From an uncultured Hyphomicrobiales bacterium (lineage in GTDB: Bacteria > Bacteroidota > Ignavibacteria > Kapaibacteriales > UBA2268): 64,000 nt of DNA. The notes beneath the pieces were generated by a model. That model was given only the letters and a program-made list of their open reading frames with translations, was not told the DNA's origin and did not search any database. The stretch is from NCBI GenBank assembly GCA_964650885.1, contig CAZYXG010000001.1, positions 161,986 through 225,985 on the forward strand, read 5' to 3'. The translations under genes and the position numbers were made by a program. Shown here piece by piece: positions 1-8,940 of the stretch; position 1 is the first letter of the stretch; each line of letters starts with the position of its first letter.

Positions 1-2101
1 TTGCATAACCCTCGCTCAGATAGATTTGATAGCAAGGTCTATGATTAATAGCAGGCATATTGAATTGATAAGCACCATCGCTCATTCTTTCATAAAAGTA
101 AATCAAAACTGGAAGTTTTTCAGATTTCACGTTTGTTGGCAGAAGTAAATAACCCTGCAATGAATCGCCTTTAGGAGTTACATAATTTATTATTTTTACA
201 TTTGCCCCAATAAAATCATTCAATTCTGGGTGTAAATCAGTCAATTTATTAGAAATCTCGAAGTTTTGTTTTGTAACCCATAAATTAGGGAATTCATTGA
301 AATTCTCTTTTTGGAAAACAATCTTATCTGAATTTTTAGCTTTTAATATATTTCTGTAAAAATATTTTCCAGTTTCAGAATTTAAAACTCTCTTTTCTCT
401 TAAGCTATAGCTAAGTATTCCAGATTCTTTGCTTTGTTTGTTTTGGAAAGTGATTAGTAATGTATCGCTAATATTAAAGAAGTTCTGATTTGGGAATTTT
501 CTTATTCTATATTTTACCACACTTTTGGAGTCTGTTAATTGATTTGCTCTTTTATTAGCAATATCAAATTCCCAAATGTTGTAGTTATCATAGAGATAAA
601 CCAATGAATCATTATTCAACCAGCCAGCTATTCCATTTGAAGATGCTTCTTCTGGAACATCGTTTAATTCTTCTGAAAAGTTAGTTTGTGTTATATCGTT
701 TAAAACAATTTTTTCAGCTGAAACATTGTTATAAATTGTCCAAATACCTTTGATAAAATATGCACTATATTTGCCATTTGGAGATAAAGATGCACTTTCT
801 TGTAAATTTTCAGTTAATAAAGTCCTTTTCCCATTTTTTAAATTCAAAAGGTATAAATCCTCATAATCGCCAGAGTACAAAATTTCTTTTAGATGTTTAT
901 TTTCATCATTAAGTAATGCAAAATTAGTATTCTCATTTTTAAGAATTGAAGATGTAGTGTCTGGGAGATAGAATGAAACTTTATTTTCAAAATCAATAAA
1001 ATTCATATAAAGCTTATCTTTTTCTTTTTCCCAATTCTTCTTCTGCATTGGTATTATCACTTCATCGCTATTATGCCACAGATAAAGCTGAGTTTCTTTA
1101 GCTATTTCTTTTGTGTCGTAAAGATTATCTTTTGTGAACTTAGGTTTATCTTCGTTCTTGTCGAATTTTTCAGAACTTGTTTTCATTCCAAACCAAAGCA
1201 TAGTTCCATTTTGATTCCATTCCAATTTATTCTTATTTGGTATGTAGTAACCAGATAAAGCAGAATCTTTAAATAAAGTGAAACTTTGTTTTTCGTTCAT
1301 TTTATAGAGTTTCAAAACAGATGGAAGTGGTTTGTTATTTGAATCCAATTTAGATGTCAAATAAGCAAGTTGTTCTGTATTAGCATTCCAACTTAAATTA
1401 CTAAAAGCGAAATCTTTAGCTACTTCAACTTTAACTTCGGGAGCAAAATCTTGTGTTAACGATTTGAAATAAAGTCCATCACGTTTGCCTTTTTCATCAG
1501 CAATACTATAAAAAAGGTATTTACATGCACTATCTAAAACAAATTCAGAATTATTTTGAATCAAAATTTCAGAATTTGATTTTAAGTTTAATAAAAAAAG
1601 ATTATCGCCGACTTGCTTCTTTTTCTTATCATCTTTTGAATCAGTTTTGTCAGCTATTTTCTTATATAACAACCAATTGCCATCATTACTTAAAGTATAT
1701 GAAGCAATATTTTCGATTATTTGAGAGTTGCCATTTGTTAAATCTATATATTGCAATGCTTTTTGTGGTTTTTCTTTATCAGTTTTAGCATTAAGAGTTT
1801 CTAAAGTTTTCCCAATCACAGAGAAAACAGCATAATTTGAATTTTTTGAAAACTGAATTGGTAAAGCCCCACGCTCAAACTTAAATTGTTTGCTGCTATC
1901 ATTAGTCTGTATAAAGTGAATTTCTCCATCGCCTCTATCAGGATTGCTAATAAATGCAGTCCATTTGCCATCATCGGAAAGAGTAACACCAGAAATTCCT
2001 TTGAATTTCATTGCGTCTTCAAAAGTAAATTTCTTTAAATCTTTAGCTTGAAGACTTAAACTAATTAATAATAATGTACTTAAAGTAAATAACTTAAACA
2101 T
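1..2101 (-). CDS. S9 family (prolyl oligopeptidase-like) secreted peptidase, truncated at its 3' end by the window edge
   Basis: Not in the ORF track because it runs off the window. Both ends translated by hand and in the same frame. The start MFKLFTLSTLLLISLSLQAK (signal peptide) continues into LSDDGKWTAF (propeller start). The end reads KLPVLIYFYERMSD...YLSEGYA, the typical start of the S9 catalytic domain. The ATG overlaps the upstream gene's TAA (TAATG). Confidence 0.85.
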   Translation of the reverse strand, partial: MFKLFTLSTLLLISLSLQAKDLKKFTFEDAMKFKGISGVTLSDDGKWTAFISNPDRGDGEIHFIQTNDSSKQFKFERGALPIQFSKNSNYAVFSVIGKTLETLNAKTDKEKPQKALQYIDLTNGNSQIIENIASYTLSNDGNWLLYKKIADKTDSKDDKKKKQVGDNLFLLNLKSNSEILIQNNSEFVLDSACKYLFYSIADEKGKRDGLYFKSLTQDFAPEVKVEVAKDFAFSNLSWNANTEQLAYLTSKLDSNNKPLPSVLKLYKMNEKQSFTLFKDSALSGYYIPNKNKLEWNQNGTMLWFGMKTSSEKFDKNEDKPKFTKDNLYDTKEIAKETQLYLWHNSDEVIIPMQKKNWEKEKDKLYMNFIDFENKVSFYLPDTTSSILKNENTNFALLNDENKHLKEILYSGDYEDLYLLNLKNGKRTLLTENLQESASLSPNGKYSAYFIKGIWTIYNNVSAEKIVLNDITQTNFSEELNDVPEEASSNGIAGWLNNDSLVYLYDNYNIWEFDIANKRANQLTDSKSVVKYRIRKFPNQNFFNISDTLLITFQNKQSKESGILSYSLREKRVLNSETGKYFYRNILKAKNSDKIVFQKENFNEFPNLWVTKQNFEISNKLTDLHPELNDFIGANVKIINYVTPKGDSLQGYLLLPTNVKSEKLPVLIYFYERMSDGAYQFNMPAINHRPCYQIYLSEGYA

Positions 2102-2778
2102 TAATGTAAATCCTTTTTTGTTTTATAAATTGAATTCAACGCACTGATAAATAAGAAACAAGAGAAAACAACCACAAATGTACCCCAAAACCAATAGGGT
2201 AGTAGTAGATATTTTGCGGCAACTCCAGTATCTGAAACGAATTGATTACCATTGATGACACCACCTTCGGAGAAAAAGTAGCCCAAACTTGGGTAAACAC
2301 TTAAAAATAATTGTAAAGCAATGGCTCTAATAGTATTCTTTTGCATTAAGTTAGAACCTTTAATGATTATAAATGAAATCACTAAAATTGTTGATGATAA
2401 GAACAATAATCCAAATAAAGTTCTTACCCAAAACATCAAACTTAAAAGTATGAAAAGAACCACAGTGCTTAAAATAAACTTAGAATATTTCTCATTTTTT
2501 GAAATTCTAAATAAAATATAACCAAAGATTGTAGGACCCATTGGGCCAGCTAATGCTATTAGTCCATTACCAATACCTGACATAAAATAGCTGCTTGTGT
2601 GAGTTGCTAAGCCAGATCCATCTGCAAACAATTCTAACTTTATAAAGTCTCCACCTAACAAGATGGCAGCAAACCCATGAGATATTTCGTGGAAATAAGT
2701 AGAGAGTATGGTAAATGGATACAAAATATAATTACCATAAGGCAACTGCCAAACAATCACCGAAGCAATAAAGAACAA
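2101..2778 (-). CDS. M50B-like membrane metallopeptidase
   Basis: HEISH zinc motif, AGPMG motif, SD near the C-terminus and multiple TM segments. Start position uncertain. Confidence 0.8.
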   Translation of the reverse strand: MFFIASVIVWQLPYGNYILYPFTILSTYFHEISHGFAAILLGGDFIKLELFADGSGLATHTSSYFMSGIGNGLIALAGPMGPTIFGYILFRISKNEKYSKFILSTVVLFILLSLMFWVRTLFGLLFLSSTILVISFIIIKGSNLMQKNTIRAIALQLFLSVYPSLGYFFSEGGVINGNQFVSDTGVAAKYLLLPYWFWGTFVVVFSCFLFISALNSIYKTKKDLH

Positions 2779-2894
2779 TGCAATATATAATGTTTCTAAG
2801 TTTTTGATAATTGGAACTGTTTAATGAAAAAAAGGGAATAATCTACATTTATCTTAGTTTACATAATGTAGATTATATTACAAAATGAAGATAC

Positions 2895-3074
2895 CTAAAA
2901 TGAATCTTTTGGTGTCTCATCTTCAGCAACCATCAACTTAATTGCATTTATAATGTCTTTATCGCCATTTGTGATTTTAGATTCGATTTTCATAAGCATT
3001 TCTTTTTTCATCATTGCCTGCATCATATTATCTAAATCATCATCTTGGTTGTTTTTTGAAACTTCATTTGGCAT
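2895..3074 (-). CDS. Small hypothetical protein, 59 aa (MPNEVSKNNQDDDLDNMMQAMMKKEMLMKIESKITNGDKDIINAIKLMVAEDETPKDSF)
   Basis: Translated by hand. ATG lies 7 nt after the pyrC stop and is preceded by AGGT. The ORF fills the pyrC-M50B gap in the same orientation. Confidence 0.6.
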   Translation of the reverse strand: MPNEVSKNNQDDDLDNMMQAMMKKEMLMKIESKITNGDKDIINAIKLMVAEDETPKDSF

Positions 3075-3081
3075 AAATTAC

Positions 3082-4362
3082 CTACAAAATTGATTTATAA
3101 ATTTCATTACCAAGAATTGTATATTCTGGTTTTCCAATAAGCTCAGTACCAATATATGGAGAGTTTTGAGATTTAGACTTCATATTGTCTAAATTAACTG
3201 TCCATTTACTATTTGGGTTGAATAACGTAAAATTGGCTTTCTGCCCTTTTTCTAATCTAATCTCATCTAACTTAAGAAGATTTCTTGGACATACGGACAT
3301 TTTATCAATAATTTTATTTAAACTTAAATACCCAGAATGGTATAGATGAGTCAAGGTTACACCAAGACTTGTTTCTAAACCTGTGATTCCATTAGGTGTT
3401 AGTTCAAATAGTTGTGCTTTTTCATCTTTCGAATGAGGAGCGTGGTCAGTAGCAATTAAGTCAATTGTATCGTCTTTAAGTCCTTGAATTATAGCATCTA
3501 TATCTGACTGACTTCTTAAAGGAGGATTCATCTTTAAATTAGAATCTAAACCATTAGCAAATGAATTAGTCAAAGAAAAGTGATGAGGTGCCACTTCGCA
3601 AGAAACTCTTGAACCTTTTGCTTTAGCATTTCTTATAATTTCAACAGAACCAGCAGAACTTAAATGCTGAACGTGATAACGTCTATTTCCTGCATGAAAC
3701 GACAATGCAATATCTCTACTGATAATAAGTTCTTCAGCAACTTTTGGATAGCCCTTAAGCCCATATTTTTCAGAACTTTCGCATTCATCTATTGCAAATC
3801 CTTTGGTAAGTGATTTTTCTTCACAATGTTGGGAAAGCATATAATCACCAGTGGCTGCATATTGCAATGCATTGAGCATCATTCCAGGGCTTTCAACTGG
3901 ATCACCATCGTCAGTGAAAAACAAAACACCAGCATCAGCGAGTGAAATCATATCAGTGAGTTCTAAACCCTTACGTTCTTTTGTAATAGCAGCTGAATAG
4001 TAAATATCACATTGTTTATTCTTAGATGCTTCTCTTAAATAATTATAAACTAATAAGTTATCAATTGCAGGACTTGTATTTGGCATACAAACTACAGCTG
4101 TAAATCCACCGTTTGCCGCTGCATTTGCTCCAGAATCAATATCTTCTTTATGAGTTTGCCCAGGTGTTCTAAAATGCACGTGAATGTCTATTAACCCTGG
4201 AGATAAAATTAGTTCTTTTCCCTCAATAACTTTTTCCACAGTGTAGTCTAAATCCCCTTTTGAGATTTCTTGAATTATTCCATTTTCTATGAATATTGAT
4301 AAGGTTTCATCAATATTTTGGTTCGGAAAAATTGCTCTTATATTTTTTATTATTGTTTTCAA
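3082..4362 (-). CDS. pyrC: Dihydroorotase (multifunctional-complex type)
   Basis: DIHVHFR, MPNT, KMNPPLR and IATDHAPH motifs. TTG start. Confidence 0.92.
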   Translation of the reverse strand: MKTIIKNIRAIFPNQNIDETLSIFIENGIIQEISKGDLDYTVEKVIEGKELILSPGLIDIHVHFRTPGQTHKEDIDSGANAAANGGFTAVVCMPNTSPAIDNLLVYNYLREASKNKQCDIYYSAAITKERKGLELTDMISLADAGVLFFTDDGDPVESPGMMLNALQYAATGDYMLSQHCEEKSLTKGFAIDECESSEKYGLKGYPKVAEELIISRDIALSFHAGNRRYHVQHLSSAGSVEIIRNAKAKGSRVSCEVAPHHFSLTNSFANGLDSNLKMNPPLRSQSDIDAIIQGLKDDTIDLIATDHAPHSKDEKAQLFELTPNGITGLETSLGVTLTHLYHSGYLSLNKIIDKMSVCPRNLLKLDEIRLEKGQKANFTLFNPNSKWTVNLDNMKSKSQNSPYIGTELIGKPEYTILGNEIYKSIL

Positions 4363-4451
4363 TGTAAATTGTTAATTAATTTTACTAAAACTTTGTTCAA
4401 ACATAAATAAATTTAGAGATTAAAATTGTTAAATTTTCAAAATAATGCAAA

Positions 4452-7262
4452 ATGAAACTATATTCTTTGATTTTTTCGATATTTCTGCTAACTAATTTGG
4501 CATTTTCACAAACTAATCTTAAAGAAGGATTGGACGATGCAGTTAAAGAATCTGATAAATTCTTACAAAAAAGAGATTATAAAAATGCTTTAGAGTCGGC
4601 AAATAGAGCTTTAAAAATTGGTTTAAGTGATTATGGAGATACTTCTGCTCAGGTTGCTACGGTTTATAGCAAAATTGGTCGTATATATTTCACTAAAGGC
4701 GAATTGGATGAAGCTGAAAAGTTTTTTTTAAAAGAGAAAATTGTATTAGCCGACAATAAGTTTAGCCCATCTTACGCCAGATTAATTAATAATTTAAGTG
4801 TTGTTTATCAATCTATGGGAAAAGGTGAAAAAGTTGAGAAAATGCTATTAGAATCAATTGATATCAAAAAGCAACTCGGCTTTACAAGCGATACTTCGTA
4901 TGCTAAAACTTTGAATAACTTAGGTCAATACTATTACTCTATTGGTAGATATCCAGAAGCTGAGAAATATTTAGTTGAATCTCTCGAAATTAAAAAGAAA
5001 GCAAATCCCGAAGAAAATATTTCTAACGTCAATACATTGATTAATTTGGGTTTAATGTATAAAGCGATTGGAAATAGAGAATTAACCATAAAATACTTAG
5101 ATGAAGCATACAAGATTGCTACAAGAATCTTATCGCAAGATGATCCAACATTTGCTTTGGTGGTATTCAATTTGGCTATTGCATACACTGAATATGGTAT
5201 GCAAGATAAAGCAGAGCCACTAATCATAAAATCTAATGAAATCCAAAAAAGCTTATCAAATGAAGATAATATTGGTTCAATAAACACTTTATATAACATT
5301 GCTCAATTACAGATTAGTACTAAAAAATACGAAGAAGCAGTAAATATATTAGTTCCACTTGAACCAAAGGTACTTGCTAAATTGGGTAATGGGCACCCAC
5401 TTTATTCCAAAATTCTAAAAGCACTCGGTATAGTTTACTGGATACAAGGAAATGTTCGCCAAGCATACAAATATTTAGAAGAAACAGTACAATTGGCAAA
5501 AACACTTTATAAACCAACTAGTATTAACTACGCGAATGCTCTTCATAGCTTTGCTGGAATTCTTAAAGAAATGAAAGAATTTCCAGAAGCTGAAAGCTAC
5601 TATAAAAACGCATTTCAAATTTATCTTTATCAGATTGACAAGTTTTTCCCTTATTATTCTGAGTCTGAAAAAGCTAAATTCTATTCCATTCTTAAAGAAC
5701 GATTTGATATGTTTTATTGCTATACTGCAGATAGAAGAGACGAAAATCCAGAACTTTTAACTAAAATGTATGATTTGCATACATCTACAAAAGGATTATT
5801 ACTTAATTTTTCTAAGAAGCTAAAGAAGAATGTTCAGAAATCTGGAGACAAACAATTAATTAAAAAATATGAAGAATGGATTGAAAGAAAGGAATATTTA
5901 AGTAAGCTTTATTCAATGTCAAAAATTGAATTGAAAAAAACTGGTAAAAATGTTGAAGAACTTGAAAATGAAGCAAACAACATAGAGAAAGAACTATCAA
6001 AAGCTGCCTCTCAAAATATAAATATTCTAGACTCAATGAAAGTTAGTTGGAAAGATGTACAAAAAAAATTAAGTCCAGATGAAGCAGCAGTCGAGATTAT
6101 CCGATTTAAATTTTTTAACAAAGGTTGGAGCGATTCTGTTTACTATGCTGCTTTGATTCTAACAAGTGAAACAAAAGACAAACCACTTTATGTATTGATG
6201 CAATATGGAAATGATATGGAGAGCTATTTTTATAGAAACTATAAAAATATGATTAAACAAAAATTCCCTGATAAAAATTCCTACAGTGCTTATTGGGAAG
6301 AAATTGAAAAACTAATACCTACTAAAAAACGAATATTTCTTTCATTAGATGGTATTTACAACAATATCAATTTGAATACCTTGAAAAGAGAAGATGGCAC
6401 TTATGTCATTGAAGATAAGGATATTGTTATTATACCAAACACTAACGAAATCGTTAAAGAAGAAATAAGAACTAAATTGGACAATATAACCTACAAAAAT
6501 ACAGCAAGTTTAATTGGCTTTCCTAAATACAAACTAGATAACGTTAGTAAAGCTCCAGAAATGAAAGAGCTTAACAAAGAAGAAGTGAGCCATAATGAAA
6601 TAATGATAAATGATTTGCCAGGCACAAAAGTAGAGCTTTTAAAAATTAGTGAGGATTTATCAAAAAATAAATGGCAATTTAAAATGCTTATTGCAGAAGA
6701 AGCTTCTGAAGCTAAATTTAAGAATTTAGAAAATAGTCAACTTATTCATATTGCAACACACGGTTTCTTTATGTCTAATTTAACTAATGCAGAAGAAGGT
6801 AGAGAGTTTGGTGTGGATATAGACCGTGCAGTTCAAAATCCCTTGCTTCGCTCTGGTTTGCTTTTTTCTGGTGCGTCTAACTATTTAAACTTTGATTTTA
6901 CAAGCCAAGAGAAAGACGAGAATGGAATTTTAACATCTTATGAAGCAATGAATTTGAACTTCGATAACACAAAACTAATTGTAATGAGTGCTTGCGAAAC
7001 TGGCTTGGGTCAAGTAATGAATGGTGAAGGTGTTTATGGTTTGCAACGGTCTTTTCAAGTGGCTGGTGCTAAAAATCTAATTATGTCTCTTTGGACTGTT
7101 AATGACCAAACAACACAAGAACTTATGAATGGATTTTATAGCAAATGGCTTAGTGGTACTCCAATTAGAACTGCTTTCAGAGAAACTCAGTTAGAGATTA
7201 AATCTAATTATAAAGATCCATATTACTGGGGAGCATTTGTCTTAGTAGGTGAAATCAAATAA
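4452..7262 (+). CDS. Secreted TPR-repeat + CHAT (caspase-like) domain protein
   Basis: Signal peptide, repeated YAxxLNNLG-type TPRs, HIATHGFF and MSACETG catalytic His/Cys motifs, SLWTV, and PYYWGAF at the end. Confidence 0.9.
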   Translation: MKLYSLIFSIFLLTNLAFSQTNLKEGLDDAVKESDKFLQKRDYKNALESANRALKIGLSDYGDTSAQVATVYSKIGRIYFTKGELDEAEKFFLKEKIVLADNKFSPSYARLINNLSVVYQSMGKGEKVEKMLLESIDIKKQLGFTSDTSYAKTLNNLGQYYYSIGRYPEAEKYLVESLEIKKKANPEENISNVNTLINLGLMYKAIGNRELTIKYLDEAYKIATRILSQDDPTFALVVFNLAIAYTEYGMQDKAEPLIIKSNEIQKSLSNEDNIGSINTLYNIAQLQISTKKYEEAVNILVPLEPKVLAKLGNGHPLYSKILKALGIVYWIQGNVRQAYKYLEETVQLAKTLYKPTSINYANALHSFAGILKEMKEFPEAESYYKNAFQIYLYQIDKFFPYYSESEKAKFYSILKERFDMFYCYTADRRDENPELLTKMYDLHTSTKGLLLNFSKKLKKNVQKSGDKQLIKKYEEWIERKEYLSKLYSMSKIELKKTGKNVEELENEANNIEKELSKAASQNINILDSMKVSWKDVQKKLSPDEAAVEIIRFKFFNKGWSDSVYYAALILTSETKDKPLYVLMQYGNDMESYFYRNYKNMIKQKFPDKNSYSAYWEEIEKLIPTKKRIFLSLDGIYNNINLNTLKREDGTYVIEDKDIVIIPNTNEIVKEEIRTKLDNITYKNTASLIGFPKYKLDNVSKAPEMKELNKEEVSHNEIMINDLPGTKVELLKISEDLSKNKWQFKMLIAEEASEAKFKNLENSQLIHIATHGFFMSNLTNAEEGREFGVDIDRAVQNPLLRSGLLFSGASNYLNFDFTSQEKDENGILTSYEAMNLNFDNTKLIVMSACETGLGQVMNGEGVYGLQRSFQVAGAKNLIMSLWTVNDQTTQELMNGFYSKWLSGTPIRTAFRETQLEIKSNYKDPYYWGAFVLVGEIK

Positions 7263-7284
7263 AAAAAATATACTTTAGTAATAC

Positions 7285-7318
7285 AATCCCGATAAGTTCA
7301 ATCTTTTCGGGATTTTTT
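7285..7318. terminator. Probable intrinsic terminator between convergent genes
   Basis: AATCCCGA...TCGGGATT inverted repeat followed by a T-run. Confidence 0.6.
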
Positions 7319-7326
7319 GAATATTT

Positions 7327-8457
7327 TTAAGATTTTAAGAAACGTTTGCTTAAGTATTTTTGAGCAGGCTTTTCAATTGTATGATAAATGATTGCTGCAA
7401 GCACATTGAAGAAGATGAAAACTACTAAAGCAGAAAAATATTCATTATGCAAAAATCCCCTGCAAAAACCCATAACATTTCTTGCTATTCCATCTTGATG
7501 AAACACATTTGCAAAATGAATAAGGTATAAAGAAAATGAAATTTCTCCTAAATAAACCAAAATTCTACTTGAAAATATTTTGTTGAAAACTGAATTGCCT
7601 ACTAAAGAAATAATAATAAGCATTGGCCCCCAACGAAGCAGTGAATTAAAGAAAATAGACTGTAAACTGGTTTTAGGCATTCGAAAGCTTTCTTCTAAGT
7701 GAATAAAAGCTGCAAACATTAATGCCATTCCTATGAAAAATAATGCATTAGAAATAATAGCATTATTGAAAAGTTTACTTTGAGGGATTTTTAAAAAAAG
7801 AAAACCAGCCCAAATTCCCGCACCAAATTCCAAAAACTTTCCAAATAAAGTACCTGTATAATAGCCATTATCCCAATCTAGATTGAAGAAATAGTAGTTA
7901 ATTTCAAGTATGAAACGAACCATCTCATAGCCAGACTGCCCTATTAGCCATAAAATCAAAAATATTATAAATAGTTTGCTATAAGTATTAACTTTTAAAA
8001 AATTATATATATTCCCAATCCAATAAAGAAGAATTGGAATGACCGCATAGAACATTGCTTCAACACCTAGCGTCCACATAGGCCCATTCATTGTGCCTCG
8101 ATGATAAATTGTGAAGCCATGAAGAAATGTTAAATGAGCGAAATAATTCCAATTGTCGTAATCGCCATAACTTGTTATATAAGTAAAAATAATCACAAAA
8201 AGATAAACTGGGTAAATTCTAAATATCCTTTTTAAATAAAATGTCTTTAAGTTTTTAACTCCTTTGGTAAATTTATCTAAATATAGTATTGTAAATAAGA
8301 AACCTGAAAGAACAAAGAAGACACTTACACCTGTCCAGCCATATTTGAGCCACCAGAAGCCACCAAGTACTTTTTTATCAAGTATGTGACCAAATACAAC
8401 CATTGCTGCGGCAATAGCTCTAAGTCCCGTCAAAGAGTTGATTAATTGATTATTCAT
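7327..8457 (-). CDS. Acyltransferase family 3 (OafA-like O-acyltransferase)
   Basis: LTGLRAIAA, GVSVFFVLSGF, RIFRIYP, WTLGVE, LGEISFSLYLIH and IEKP motifs. Confidence 0.9.
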   Translation of the reverse strand: MNNQLINSLTGLRAIAAAMVVFGHILDKKVLGGFWWLKYGWTGVSVFFVLSGFLFTILYLDKFTKGVKNLKTFYLKRIFRIYPVYLFVIIFTYITSYGDYDNWNYFAHLTFLHGFTIYHRGTMNGPMWTLGVEAMFYAVIPILLYWIGNIYNFLKVNTYSKLFIIFLILWLIGQSGYEMVRFILEINYYFFNLDWDNGYYTGTLFGKFLEFGAGIWAGFLFLKIPQSKLFNNAIISNALFFIGMALMFAAFIHLEESFRMPKTSLQSIFFNSLLRWGPMLIIISLVGNSVFNKIFSSRILVYLGEISFSLYLIHFANVFHQDGIARNVMGFCRGFLHNEYFSALVVFIFFNVLAAIIYHTIEKPAQKYLSKRFLKS

Positions 8458-8469
8458 TATTTTCTAAAT

Positions 8470-8500
8470 AAAAAAAGGTCGGATACAATACCCGACCTTT
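8470..8500 (-). terminator. Intrinsic terminator downstream of iscA
   Basis: On the minus strand, AAAGGTCGG-loop-CCGACC followed by a run of T. Confidence 0.75.
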
Positions 8501-8521
8501 ATACAAAATATGTTGAATGGA

Positions 8522-8911
8522 TTATTTTCCACCGCAGCCACAAGCGTGTGCATTGTTTGGATTGTTAAAAACGAAACCACTACCAGAGGGACCTTCTGTG
8601 TAATCTAAAGTTACTCCCATAATGTAGAAAATACTTTTGTTATCAACTACTAATTCCGTATCACGAACTTTAATTAGTTTATCGCCTTCTCCCACTTCCG
8701 AATCGAAGCCAAGAGAATAATTCATTCCAGAGCAACCGCCAGAGCGAGTGCTTAAACGAAGATAATATTCTGCTGGGATTTCATTAGCTTCTTTAATTTG
8801 TGAAATCATTTCGATTGCACGAGCTGAAATAATAAAATCATCTTTTTCTACAGCACCAATAATACCAGTTGGAACATTTAATAATTCCACTTCTTCCATT
8901 ACATCTAACAT
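8522..8911 (-). CDS. iscA: A-type Fe-S cluster carrier (IscA/SufA/HesB family)
   Basis: GGCSG and C-terminal FNNPN...CGCG motifs. Confidence 0.88.
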   Translation of the reverse strand: MLDVMEEVELLNVPTGIIGAVEKDDFIISARAIEMISQIKEANEIPAEYYLRLSTRSGGCSGMNYSLGFDSEVGEGDKLIKVRDTELVVDNKSIFYIMGVTLDYTEGPSGSGFVFNNPNNAHACGCGGK

Positions 8912-8940
8912 TTAACACCTTTAAAAATTAAAATTAAAAA

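Noticed and set aside
1073-1788. Plus-strand ORFs 1073-1258 and 1525-1788
   Set aside because: Antisense shadows of the minus-strand S9 peptidase gene that the ORF track missed.
4452-7262. CHAT protease as part of a Craspase/gasdermin-type defence system
   Set aside because: No cas, gasdermin or effector genes are nearby, and the protein appears to be exported.
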